DNA from: a bacterium
GTDB taxonomy: Bacteria > Zixibacteria > MSB-5A5 > GN15 > FEB-12
DNA length: 32,000 nucleotides
Assembly (NCBI GenBank): GCA_020444475.1
Contig: JAHLKV010000005.1
Coordinates: 299,080 to 331,079, forward strand
Direction of reading: 5' to 3'
The notes below the pieces were generated by a model that was not told where the DNA came from, made no database searches, and was given only the letters and a program-made list of their open reading frames with translations. Numbering within the stretch: the stretch's first letter is position 1; the number at the start of each line of letters is the position of its first letter. Positions 16,060 to 24,919 of the stretch are shown here, piece by piece. Both the position numbers and the translations under genes were made by a program.

Positions 16060-18016
16060 GTTGTTCGACCTCCGCAGATAATGCCCGTTGCTGATTCCGC
16101 CATCGCCAAAACTCCATGTGATGCAGGCGGGTGCGGGCATAGTGCAGGTGTGATGCGAGTTCGTCCGGGGCGACCACTACAAACTGACGAAATGTCTTCG
16201 ACGCCGCATCGGTGTCCCCAAGCGCGTCTTCGGCCAGTGCCTTCCAGTACAACGCAGCCGGGTGGCGGGCATCGATCGTGGCAGCTCGCTCGTAGCATTC
16301 GCGAGCTTGGGTACAGTGCGGATGCTCCGGGTCAAGGCCGGCCCCCCTCAACCCGGCCCCCTTCTGTCGCGCCCCCTTTAACAGGGCCTCAGCCTTGAGC
16401 ACCAGAGCATCCACGTGTCGATCGTTCTTTTCCAACACTCGGTTACAGACGGCAACAGCTTGCTTGAGCGATCTGGAGTCACCCATCGCGATTAGCGCCA
16501 GCGCCTTAGCGCACAAGGGTTCCGGAATGGCCGGGCTCGATACGGCTTCCGTTTTGAACTTCTCAAGCGCGGTCCTTAAATCGCCGTCGTGATAAGCCTG
16601 CAAACCTGTGACGTAGTCGTCTGTTGTTCGCTGAGCCTCCGATAACTGGCAACAGCTCAGCAATTCACTCAGATGACGCCGACGCGCCGCCACCAGATCG
16701 GCCTCGAATCTGGTTCCTTTGAAAAGGCCACTGTCATGATTCGCCAGTATCTCCTGCAGGCGTCGCTGTGCGTATTCGCGCTGCGGCTCACACGATGGCA
16801 GGGAGTCCATGACCAACTTCGCGTACGGTCTTGCGGCTTCAAACCATCGGCGCATTTCATCTTCGATGAGCGCTCTGAAGTACACCAGCGCGGGATTGTG
16901 CGGGTTGTTTACCGACACCTTCTCGAGGCAACGGACGGCATCCTCATCGCGCCCGAGCATCAGCAACGCCTCGGCTTTGGTCTGAGCAGCTGTGTAGTAT
17001 TCTGGCTTCTGCAGCAGAATAGCATCGCAAATGTCCACCGCTTCGGCGTGGCGGCCGAGCTGATTTAGTGCGTGAGCCCGGTTGTTCCCAGCGGCGAGGT
17101 CACGAGGATTATCGGTTACAGCCCGTGTGAAGCAGATCAGAGCTTTGCTCCACTCTCCGCGGCGACCGTGCCGGGCACCCTTTGACGCTTCGGGACTGAT
17201 TGTCCCGCCTCCAGACACGAAATGCTGTGTGTAGAGCCGATCAAGTTCTTCATTTCGCCTCGCAAGCAGGAAAGCAGTCTCGGCGCTCCGGCCGTCGCTA
17301 TCCCGAAGTTTGTAGGCGGCCCGCGTCTGCAGTTGGGCATCTCCATCCCACAAAGGTGGGCGTTCGACCCCAATTCGGTAAGCGAACAGTGCACGGTCGG
17401 TCATCCCGTGCGAACTGTGGCGATTGCCAAGATTCAGCCAGGGACGTACACATCTGCTGTCGGTCTGGATAGCCTTCAGATAGGTCTTGATCGCACCGGG
17501 GGTATCGCCCAACGATGCCTGCGAGGCGCCTTTGCCATTAAGCGCCTGAGCCAGCGAGGGATCGAGCAAAACGGCTTGATCGGCCAGAAAGATTGCTTTT
17601 CGGAAAAACTCCCTTGTGCCGGTGCTCCAGTGGGCTATGGTTTCGTACAACAGCAGGAGAGCACGATCTTTGTTGCACAGGGGGACGGAGGAATCCTCAT
17701 GGAACTCAGATGCGATGCGGGAAAGTTTCTTCGCCCATTTGTCATTTCTCTTGAAATCCACTCTGACGATGCGGGCGATACGCTGCGAAGGGTCAGAACT
17801 GTCGTTGAGAAGCCGCAGAACCGCGAAGACCCCGTCCCCCTTGTCAAAGTAATGCATTCGTTTCAAGACAGCCCCATCCATGGCTCTGACCGATTCACTG
17901 TCCAATGAACAATTCTGGTCGACGATATGGGTGGCCCGAAAGCCCACGTCCTGTCTAAGCAGGTAGAGAAAGAGACGATCCTCGGATGTAAACTGAATAT
18001 CAGCCAACTGATTCAT
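16052..18016 (-). CDS. TPR-repeat protein with an unassigned ~150-aa N-terminal domain
   Basis: Classical 34-aa TPR grammar, for example GDTPGAIKTYLKAIQTDSRCVRPWLNLGN and GRHAEAVDICDAILLQKPEYYTA. GAGGA lies 5 nt before ATG18016. Confidence 0.85.
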   Translation of the reverse strand: MNQLADIQFTSEDRLFLYLLRQDVGFRATHIVDQNCSLDSESVRAMDGAVLKRMHYFDKGDGVFAVLRLLNDSSDPSQRIARIVRVDFKRNDKWAKKLSRIASEFHEDSSVPLCNKDRALLLLYETIAHWSTGTREFFRKAIFLADQAVLLDPSLAQALNGKGASQASLGDTPGAIKTYLKAIQTDSRCVRPWLNLGNRHSSHGMTDRALFAYRIGVERPPLWDGDAQLQTRAAYKLRDSDGRSAETAFLLARRNEELDRLYTQHFVSGGGTISPEASKGARHGRRGEWSKALICFTRAVTDNPRDLAAGNNRAHALNQLGRHAEAVDICDAILLQKPEYYTAAQTKAEALLMLGRDEDAVRCLEKVSVNNPHNPALVYFRALIEDEMRRWFEAARPYAKLVMDSLPSCEPQREYAQRRLQEILANHDSGLFKGTRFEADLVAARRRHLSELLSCCQLSEAQRTTDDYVTGLQAYHDGDLRTALEKFKTEAVSSPAIPEPLCAKALALIAMGDSRSLKQAVAVCNRVLEKNDRHVDALVLKAEALLKGARQKGAGLRGAGLDPEHPHCTQARECYERAATIDARHPAALYWKALAEDALGDTDAASKTFRQFVVVAPDELASHLHYARTRLHHMEFWRWRNQQRALSAEVEQHV

Positions 18017-18026
18017 ATGCTATCCT

Positions 18027-19178
18027 CTAATCGATTCCATCTGAAACGGTGGGTCGCAGACGGTTGACCGCTTCAATAATACTCCTGGCTTGCGACTCGA
18101 GCGCGGCCGCGGCGTCGCAGAGCGCATCGTCACCTTTCAGGCTTGGAACGACCATGTCAAGTCTGTACAGGTTTGCGAACAGCAGCTTATAGATTGGCAC
18201 CTTCTGAGGTGGACATGGATCGCACCGAAGTTCCAGCTCAAGGTCAGACTTTGACTCATGGGCAAGACCAAACCAGCCGTCGAATGCGACCTCTGTCTCG
18301 AGAAACTCACGGAATGCCCTATTCAACCGAACGAAAAGCCGCGTCGCTATCTGGGGCAGGTTGGTGAGTTCCTGTCCGTCTCTCTTCGGCAAACTGTCGA
18401 GTAGCGCAGCAACCGCCTGCTGAGGGTAAACATCCTCAAAGAACCGTTTCTCGACGGGGCTTGCATGCACTCTGAGCGTACACAGATCAGCGCTCAGACA
18501 GAGGTACAAGATCTCCACTGCGCTCATGAACTGCGGCAGTTTGAAGTGATGGGCTGCGACGACCGCCGGACGTTGATCTTCATGCCACATGGCCGAGAGG
18601 CAGTAATGTCCTATGTGTTGCAGAAGGTCATCGGCGCAGGATTCTGGATTCTCAACGCCAGCACACTGCGTCGTCATGACTTCTGTACGGAATTGTGACA
18701 TGCGGAGGTAGTACGTTTCGTGGCCCATGTACATGTATCTGGCAAATCGGCTATCCGCAAACGGAAAGCCGGGACTTAGATAGATGTCCTCCACAACCAG
18801 GCTGTACTCCGACCAGTAATCGTGGGCTATCCGGCTCAGGCTGTAAGCCGGCAATCCGCGCGACGTTCTTCGAACGTCCAGGAAGTAGTGGCCGCTACCC
18901 ACCATCGATACCAGGCTTCGGAGTCTGTCCGGGCTAGTGAGAGGTGCTTCCTCCGGTTTGTGTTTAAGGGGTATGGCAACCGGCTCTCGCAGGAAGGCCG
19001 TGATCTCCTCCAGATCGTCGAATTCCCCACCGTTATTCTCAAGTTCCCTCCGGAAATCGTCGTACTTTCTCAAGCGGTCCACTAGTGGTCCCAAGACCTG
19101 CTTATCGTCCCGAAGCCCCGATTCTCTGCTATCGCAGTCGTACGAGGCACGTGAGCTTGTGTAGTAGTTGGACGTCAT
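18027..19178 (-). CDS. Hypothetical 383-aa protein (no recognisable motif, no obvious TM segment)
   Basis: Long ORF running from ATG19178 to TAG18027. It is packed 10 nt from the downstream gene and 29 nt from the upstream gene in the same operon. Confidence 0.75.
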   Translation of the reverse strand: MTSNYYTSSRASYDCDSRESGLRDDKQVLGPLVDRLRKYDDFRRELENNGGEFDDLEEITAFLREPVAIPLKHKPEEAPLTSPDRLRSLVSMVGSGHYFLDVRRTSRGLPAYSLSRIAHDYWSEYSLVVEDIYLSPGFPFADSRFARYMYMGHETYYLRMSQFRTEVMTTQCAGVENPESCADDLLQHIGHYCLSAMWHEDQRPAVVAAHHFKLPQFMSAVEILYLCLSADLCTLRVHASPVEKRFFEDVYPQQAVAALLDSLPKRDGQELTNLPQIATRLFVRLNRAFREFLETEVAFDGWFGLAHESKSDLELELRCDPCPPQKVPIYKLLFANLYRLDMVVPSLKGDDALCDAAAALESQARSIIEAVNRLRPTVSDGID

Positions 19179-19207
19179 ATGATCTTACTTCCCAGTATCT
19201 CTTGCCG

Positions 19208-21346
19208 TTAGAGGATCAACTGGTGACGTCGCTCTGCCATGCAGGAAGCTACATAGCGGCCAATCTTGTCGGTCACGGCAGTTTCATCTTCCAACTCGGC
19301 GTCGCTCAGAGCGATAGTCTTGTCAACAAGGTGCTCAAGCCCGGTCTCATTTGCGACACCAAGCCCGACGGTGGTAATGTGCAAGTCGGGTATGTCGTTT
19401 CGCCATGATCTCAGCAGTGAATGCACCTCCTCCTCGCCGCCAATGCCGGTATCAAACGACTCGTTCCATTTGCAGTCTGTGAGGTGGATCAGGTAGATGG
19501 TTCCACTTGTCAGCCTCCGAGCCTCGTCCATAATGTATGCCAGGGAGAGGGCGTCTTGCTGGATGCCTGTTCCGGTGTTCGGTAGTGATACCAGTGCTCT
19601 GGCGGCATCCTGATTGCTGGTAGCGACAGTTCGTCGTGGATGGGCAACCCATTGCACGAGAGGTCCCACCAAGCCGGAGCGTATGGCACCGCTGTGGTAC
19701 AGGCCCGCCAGCACCTGTACGTCGGATCGAGCGGTCGCCACTAGCCAGCTGCACGTGAGAATCTTGAGCACCCGCATCTGGTTCGAATCAAGAGACCCTG
19801 ACCCGTCGCAGGCGACTACCAGCAATGCCCGGCCGCGACGGTCCGGCTGACGGATCATCCGACTCCGGCGGAAGACGGCGGAGGACATATCGCCCAAAGC
19901 CAGCCTCGCCGGGTCAAGAGTACCACTCGTGCATACTCTCTGAGTTACGGGAACCCGCTCGACGCTGGGATATAGTATCCTTCGGATTGCATCGATGGTC
20001 GGGCGGCTTGCCTCCAGTAGCTCCGCTAACGCCACAATATCTTCCGAAAGCGCCACCGTGCAATCGAACTGCTCGCCGGTAACGGTCTCATCCGTGTCGA
20101 GGTTGACTGAGACGAGGTGTCCATCGGTCGGATTCCCCTCGATCGGACCGGTCTCGAACGCCCCGGAGATAAGAACGAACTCGAGCAGATCAGATCTCAT
20201 GTCCTCCCATTGAGCCTGTCTCCCAGAAGCCTCCCTCACGGCATTGTTGAAGTTAGCCAATGTGCGAGCACGCCATTCCTCATCGGACTCCTCTCCGAGA
20301 TGCTTCCTCAGAGCCATCAAGTCTCGCTCAAACTCGGATACCGGTTCGTCCGCCTTCCGTCCCAGCAAGTCGCTGACGTCGACCGAATCAAACAACCCAG
20401 GCTTTTGAGGTACGTCGGCAGGTCGTATGGCCAAGTTGTCATGATCCGTGGATGATCCCACTGCTTGTTCCCTGTGCAGCACTGTGTCCGTGTCGTGCGT
20501 CGACTTCTCACCATCCGCTTTCACCGCTGAACTCTCCTGTTCATCGAATGTATGGATCGTATCGAGGACGTTCTCACACAGCGCCTTGACCCACTCGCAT
20601 CCAAGATCCAGGAGGAGATCTGATCGGGTTGAGGAGAGCCGTTGTGTGAAACGCCGACAAACAGCTGCTGTGCTCGTCGCGAACAGGAAGGCAAGTGGAT
20701 GTTTGTTCATTGACAGATCTGTGGGTAGCACGTCGCCATACAGAACCGCAGTCTGGACAATATCCAGAATCGTATTGACCGAAGTTCGGTCACAGTGTGC
20801 GGCTACAAAGAGCCTGTATGCTTCTACCGGCTCCAGTCCCGATGCTCGCGACAGGTCTTCAAGCAATAGCCTGGTCTGGACACACCGAGTAATGCGCTTC
20901 GTGAGTTCCTCGAATACCGAACGGTTGATTGACCGATCGGCCGCATCCCCTGTTACTCCAAGAACTTCTCCAACGAATCGTTCGAGTAGTCGCCGGCTCG
21001 ATAATTCTCGATACTCAAGAAAAGCCGTGAGTCCAATAGCTGCAGAAGCTGCCATGCGAGCTGGATACGACGTGTAGCATGGGCTGAGCTGAGCCTGCAC
21101 CTTCGGCATCCCAGGAGACTGAGAAGGAATGCCAGCGTGAGTCGCCACAGCCCGCTGTGCCTCTCTTATCGCACGGGTCAGCAGACTCAGTGCCGAGAGT
21201 CGAATTCTATAGTCATTGGCAAACCGGAACGCGTCTCCAAGTCCGATCCCTGCCCAATCGGAGCGCGACCGTTTGCGTTCGATTGAACCGATGTTCGTAT
21301 GGTAGGCCTTAGTCTCGGCCCCGCCATGTCTAGATGTATCCGTCAT
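19208..21346 (-). CDS. NorD/CbbO-like protein with a C-terminal von Willebrand A domain
   Basis: ALLVVACDGSGSL carries the MIDAS DxSxS motif (19793-19807). NTGTGIQQD supplies the Thr and IHLTDCKW the Asp. The pre-vWA segment GTLDPARLALGDMSSAVFRR is typical of NorD/CbbO adaptors. ATG21346 lies 7 nt after the upstream stop; the track's 21481 start would overlap that gene. Confidence 0.85.
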   Translation of the reverse strand: MTDTSRHGGAETKAYHTNIGSIERKRSRSDWAGIGLGDAFRFANDYRIRLSALSLLTRAIREAQRAVATHAGIPSQSPGMPKVQAQLSPCYTSYPARMAASAAIGLTAFLEYRELSSRRLLERFVGEVLGVTGDAADRSINRSVFEELTKRITRCVQTRLLLEDLSRASGLEPVEAYRLFVAAHCDRTSVNTILDIVQTAVLYGDVLPTDLSMNKHPLAFLFATSTAAVCRRFTQRLSSTRSDLLLDLGCEWVKALCENVLDTIHTFDEQESSAVKADGEKSTHDTDTVLHREQAVGSSTDHDNLAIRPADVPQKPGLFDSVDVSDLLGRKADEPVSEFERDLMALRKHLGEESDEEWRARTLANFNNAVREASGRQAQWEDMRSDLLEFVLISGAFETGPIEGNPTDGHLVSVNLDTDETVTGEQFDCTVALSEDIVALAELLEASRPTIDAIRRILYPSVERVPVTQRVCTSGTLDPARLALGDMSSAVFRRSRMIRQPDRRGRALLVVACDGSGSLDSNQMRVLKILTCSWLVATARSDVQVLAGLYHSGAIRSGLVGPLVQWVAHPRRTVATSNQDAARALVSLPNTGTGIQQDALSLAYIMDEARRLTSGTIYLIHLTDCKWNESFDTGIGGEEEVHSLLRSWRNDIPDLHITTVGLGVANETGLEHLVDKTIALSDAELEDETAVTDKIGRYVASCMAERRHQLIL

Positions 21347-21353
21347 ATGGTTC

Positions 21354-22364
21354 TCAGAATAGATTAGCCGTGAGTGTCTTGTCCTCTTCCGGATTGCGCA
21401 TGCCGAACACCTCCTGCATGACCGATGGCAGGAGCTCCTTGTCCTTGGTATCCGCATTCCCAAGAATGGTGGCTTGCGCAACTTGCTGATGGGTCATGCC
21501 CGGCATGCTGTGCGCCTTTCGCAGGAAGGACAGATACCCGTGGATTGTCGGCGGCACCAGAGACTGGAGATTTCCTTCGCTCCGATGGCGACGAATGAGT
21601 CGGCCCAGCAGCACTATCTGGTTCACCAGTTCGGATTCAACGCCGATCTGCAGCGACTGTTCCGCCAGGCTCTGCAGTACCACCGATTCCAGCTCACTTG
21701 GCAGGTAGTCGATCGTAAGGTTGGAGCCGAACCGACGGCGCAGAGCATCATCAAGCGTCACCAATGTGTGGGTGGAGTCGTGTGCTGCCTGGTAATTGCT
21801 GTCCGCGATCCACGCTATTCCGTGACCGCTAATCCGTCTTCCGTCGGGCAGAACAATGTCGTCGTGCGTCATGAGGTCCAGTAGTCCTCCCTGGACGCTG
21901 GCAGCGTGTACCCGGCCCATTTCCCTCAGCCATACTACATTGTATGAGTCCTCGGGCGCGTCGGCCGCCTCGGTCAAGGACTGGACGAGTTGACTTGGTT
22001 CGTCAAATGTCGTGCCGTTCCTGATCGCGCGCCGCTGATACAACTCTCCGGGGGTTTCGTACACAGCCATCTCGACGGGGAAGAGCCGCACGGGCTTGAC
22101 CCGGTGACCGAGTTCCGAGCAGATTGCTTCGAAGTTTGCCGGAACCGTGCAGACGGCCTCGATCAGGCTGCTCTTTGCGGACCCGGTTGGACCGCTGACG
22201 TGTATGAACTCGTGAGCAACAATATCGTCCACCAGAGATTGGAGGTGCCACTTCAGCATATACAGCGGATGGCCATGCGTCGTGGGCAGAAGCTGCACGA
22301 GATCGGTTGGTCCCGCCTTGCGATACTCATCCTCGTTATCGACTCGAAAAACCTGGGCTGTCAT
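21354..22364 (-). CDS. AAA_5 (MoxR/CbbQ/NorQ-like) ATPase
   Basis: Walker A GPTGSAKS at 22170-22193. The Walker B position reads VVWLRE (21921-21938). LLDLMTHDDIVLPDGRRISGHGIAWIADSNY fits the AAA_5 core. AAGGGGA precedes ATG22364. Confidence 0.9.
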   Translation of the reverse strand: MTAQVFRVDNEDEYRKAGPTDLVQLLPTTHGHPLYMLKWHLQSLVDDIVAHEFIHVSGPTGSAKSSLIEAVCTVPANFEAICSELGHRVKPVRLFPVEMAVYETPGELYQRRAIRNGTTFDEPSQLVQSLTEAADAPEDSYNVVWLREMGRVHAASVQGGLLDLMTHDDIVLPDGRRISGHGIAWIADSNYQAAHDSTHTLVTLDDALRRRFGSNLTIDYLPSELESVVLQSLAEQSLQIGVESELVNQIVLLGRLIRRHRSEGNLQSLVPPTIHGYLSFLRKAHSMPGMTHQQVAQATILGNADTKDKELLPSVMQEVFGMRNPEEDKTLTANLF

Positions 22365-22383
22365 TCTGCAATCCCCTTCTCAG

Positions 22384-24645
22384 TTACTTGTGTAGAGTCA
22401 ATGCCAGTTTCGTGGTATCCGCAAATCCCACGTCCAGAGTTGACCCGGTGCATTCTGCGAGTTCGCTGCGAATCGTCAGCAGGGCCTGCGTGACCAGCAA
22501 ACGGGTCTGTTCAGCAACAACCCGGGCACCGTGGCTTATGAGACCAGATCCCAGTGACGCTACGACTTTCTCTCCGGTCTCGGGCGAAATTGTGATATGC
22601 GGAACAGAGACGCCAAGCACCCGCAGACCTCTCTTGAGCGATGTCAACAGTTCCCGTTCGGCTATCATTGCCAGATCCGATCCGGTGAGCGGAGCAAACA
22701 GAATTGGCCGTCCCACGCGGCTAAGGAATGCGTTCGAAAACAGTGACTTGATCTCTGCCTCGATGTTCTGCTGCAGCACAGCGCCCGATGGTGTTCCGCT
22801 AAAGCCTATGCTTCGCCGGAGTCGTTCATCCCGTCCTTCGGGGAGGTTGATGGTGAAGGCGAAAATCAGATTCGCACACGAGAACATCGCTCCCGTCGCG
22901 CTTTGCGCCTCACCTGTATCCAGTAACTGCAGGAATAAGTCAGCCAGGTGACTCCGTACAGCGACCGGAGCGTGGTCCAGGTCACTGACTTCGACTATGG
23001 CCCCAACTGAGTGTTTGGCTGCCTTTTCCAGGCGACCGGCCTCGTAAGAACCCACGATCCCCCGACCGGATCCCAGCAACTGGGCGCTCGCCGTGTGGTA
23101 ATCGGGCTGACTTGCCGCATCTATGTTGATGTGCGGAATCTTGAGGTAGCGAGCCAGCAAGGCCGCACTTTCGGACTTTCCAGTGCCCGGCGTCCCTTGG
23201 GCACAATAGCGTATCGGTTGATGGTCGGCGCGCGTGAGGCACTCTGTCTGAAGTCGACCGACCAGTTGCGAGAGAGCCTCGTCTTGCGCATACAAGTGCG
23301 CTGACAGGAATACCAGCAGGTCGGACGCGAGCAATCCTCGCACGAAATTCTCGTGAACCTGCGGCTTCCTTCTGCCGCGCGGTTTGTCGTGAATGCCGGC
23401 CAGCGTTTCTTGTTTACCGATCAGTCTATTGACAAACGCGGCAATCGACTCTCCATTCACCGCCATCTCTGAGTCGTCATGCCTCGTTACCCTTGCCGCA
23501 ATAACGGGAAGCATTCGCTGCCGCTCTGTCTCGGCCAGGGGGCGAAGTGCATCCAGCGCAGTCTCGTAAGCCCGCTCGACCCTTGCCCCCGATACTCCCC
23601 CTGATTGTCGGGCCGCAGATTCAACCGCGAACCGCGCCAATACATCGAATGGTATATCGGGCACGTAAGAAACCACCGGCAGCAGCGGATCACTCACTCC
23701 GCCCTGACCGCCATGAAAAACTGCCTGCAATTGCCGATAGTGCCCTGTGAATACCACCGGCTTATCCGATGACGACAGGATAGAAAGCAAACTCTGCAGT
23801 TGGTCGCCAAGTTCGTATGGACTCGTTGCTAGTGCGACACGACTTGCCGGCACCACCAGCCGGCCTGGTGCCTGCCTGGCCAGTTCAACGATATTCTTCG
23901 CACTGAGAGCAGGTGCCAGTACCATGCCAAGAGTCACACCACGGGTCTCTGCTGATCGTGCTAGTGATGCCATCGCAATATCCAGTATGATTGGCGATTC
24001 CGCGGCGACCGCCACGTTCAATGAACTTTCGAGCAAGTCCATGACCTCGCATGCCCAGGAACCCAGAGTCACTATGGAGTCATCATTTGTTTGATCCAGT
24101 GGCCACACCGGGCTCAGAACCTGGCCAAAATCAGCATACAGGCGCTCGAGTTCAGCAGCACTGTGCTGACGCGGTAACTCCGATTGAACCCATCGTGCGA
24201 AATTGTCGATCGCTTCCAACTCCGCCATCAGAACTGCCTCACGCGACATACTCAGGGGAGAGGTCGCCTTTACCTTCAGGCCGAGCCAGTACGTGGTCGT
24301 CTTCTTGACTGCGTTCGAGGTCGGCGGCAGCGAACGAACACCTTCACTGAGGCCAGACATATGTTTCCAGAGCGATGCCAGCGGAGGTTTGACCTCAGTA
24401 GGAGCTTCCAGACACTCGAGTTTCATCCATAGAATCGGCCCCTCGTGTAGTCGTGCGACTACGGACCTCACCCCTTGTCGCTCGCTTGTCGGTTCGGCTG
24501 TCCGAAACGACCGCCCATCGGGCAGCTTCATGATCTCGAAGCCGTAGACTCTCTTTACCAGTTCACTGACCTGCCACAGCACATCCGCAGCGCCCACATC
24601 TGCCGCTGTTGGTTGACACGCGGGGTTGGTTTGAGATTCTGTCAT
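22384..24645 (-). CDS. ClpA/ClpB-NBD2-like AAA+ protein with a ~470-aa unassigned N-terminal region
   Basis: QDEALSQLVGRL..IRYCAQGTPGTGKSESAALLARYL has its Walker A at 23173-23196. LLGSGRGIVGSYEAGRLEKAAK parallels Clp's LIGAPPGYVGYEEGGQLTE. IVEVSDLDHA (22975-22998) sits at the Walker B position. FLSRVGRPILFAPL parallels Clp's FLNRIDxIIxFxPL. Confidence 0.85.
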   Translation of the reverse strand: MTESQTNPACQPTAADVGAADVLWQVSELVKRVYGFEIMKLPDGRSFRTAEPTSERQGVRSVVARLHEGPILWMKLECLEAPTEVKPPLASLWKHMSGLSEGVRSLPPTSNAVKKTTTYWLGLKVKATSPLSMSREAVLMAELEAIDNFARWVQSELPRQHSAAELERLYADFGQVLSPVWPLDQTNDDSIVTLGSWACEVMDLLESSLNVAVAAESPIILDIAMASLARSAETRGVTLGMVLAPALSAKNIVELARQAPGRLVVPASRVALATSPYELGDQLQSLLSILSSSDKPVVFTGHYRQLQAVFHGGQGGVSDPLLPVVSYVPDIPFDVLARFAVESAARQSGGVSGARVERAYETALDALRPLAETERQRMLPVIAARVTRHDDSEMAVNGESIAAFVNRLIGKQETLAGIHDKPRGRRKPQVHENFVRGLLASDLLVFLSAHLYAQDEALSQLVGRLQTECLTRADHQPIRYCAQGTPGTGKSESAALLARYLKIPHINIDAASQPDYHTASAQLLGSGRGIVGSYEAGRLEKAAKHSVGAIVEVSDLDHAPVAVRSHLADLFLQLLDTGEAQSATGAMFSCANLIFAFTINLPEGRDERLRRSIGFSGTPSGAVLQQNIEAEIKSLFSNAFLSRVGRPILFAPLTGSDLAMIAERELLTSLKRGLRVLGVSVPHITISPETGEKVVASLGSGLISHGARVVAEQTRLLVTQALLTIRSELAECTGSTLDVGFADTTKLALTLHK

Positions 24646-24715
24646 TGGTCCATGCCGAGGTTTGTCGGCGCCCCGTTAAGATTGTTGATTGCACATTTCG
24701 GTGACACTCTTCCAT

Positions 24716-24731
24716 TGCACACTCCGTGCCT
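24716..24731 (-). promoter_or_regulatory. Candidate sigma54 (-24/-12) promoter for the minus-strand operon
   Basis: The minus strand reads AGGCACGGAGTGTGCAAT, against the consensus TGGCACG-N4-TTGCW. GG and GC are separated by exactly 10 nt. The site is intergenic, about 70 nt upstream of ATG24645, and divergent from a sigma54-activator-type gene. Confidence 0.5.
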
Positions 24732-24811
24732 GCGCGAAACACGAACCTGGATCCGCTTGTAAGACAGTCCGTTATCCAGTCGTGCGGTTTCCTGCGGGAT
24801 CATGACATCCG

Positions 24812-24840
24812 TTGACTTGGGATTGCCCCGATGTTATCTT
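24812..24840 (+). promoter_or_regulatory. Candidate sigma70-type promoter for the activator-like gene
   Basis: TTGACT (24812-24817), a 17-nt spacer, then TATCTT (24835-24840). It lies about 80 nt upstream of ATG24920. Confidence 0.35.
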
Positions 24841-24919
24841 GTATTGATTTGCCCATGATCCTGTTGAGTTGTGTGGGTAACCCTTCCCGGGGCAGCACCG
24901 ATTTACGGAGACACGAGCC

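Noticed and set aside
16060-16140. Longer start (16140) for the small operon-terminal ORF
   Set aside because: It would overlap the TPR gene by 89 nt. ATG16059 gives the common 8-nt coupled overlap.
17222-17908. 228-aa plus-strand ORF
   Set aside because: It is antisense to the TPR gene and carries no motif. It is a shadow ORF.
20448-21077. 209-aa plus-strand ORF
   Set aside because: It is antisense to the vWA gene and is a Ser/Arg-rich shadow ORF.
21347-21481. Extension of the vWA ORF to 21481
   Set aside because: It would overlap the 3' end of the MoxR-like gene by 128 nt and encodes an Arg/Cys-rich leader. ATG21346 lies 7 nt after that gene's stop.
22307-22951. 214-aa plus-strand ORF
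   Set aside because: It is antisense to the junction of the Clp-like and MoxR-like genes. It is a shadow ORF.
24688-24707. Second sigma54-like site around the downstream ATTGCACA copy (minus strand TGTCACCGAAATGTGCAAT)
   Set aside because: The -24 reads TGTCAC, with no GG, and the spacing to the GC is one nt too long. I kept it only as a repeated octamer.
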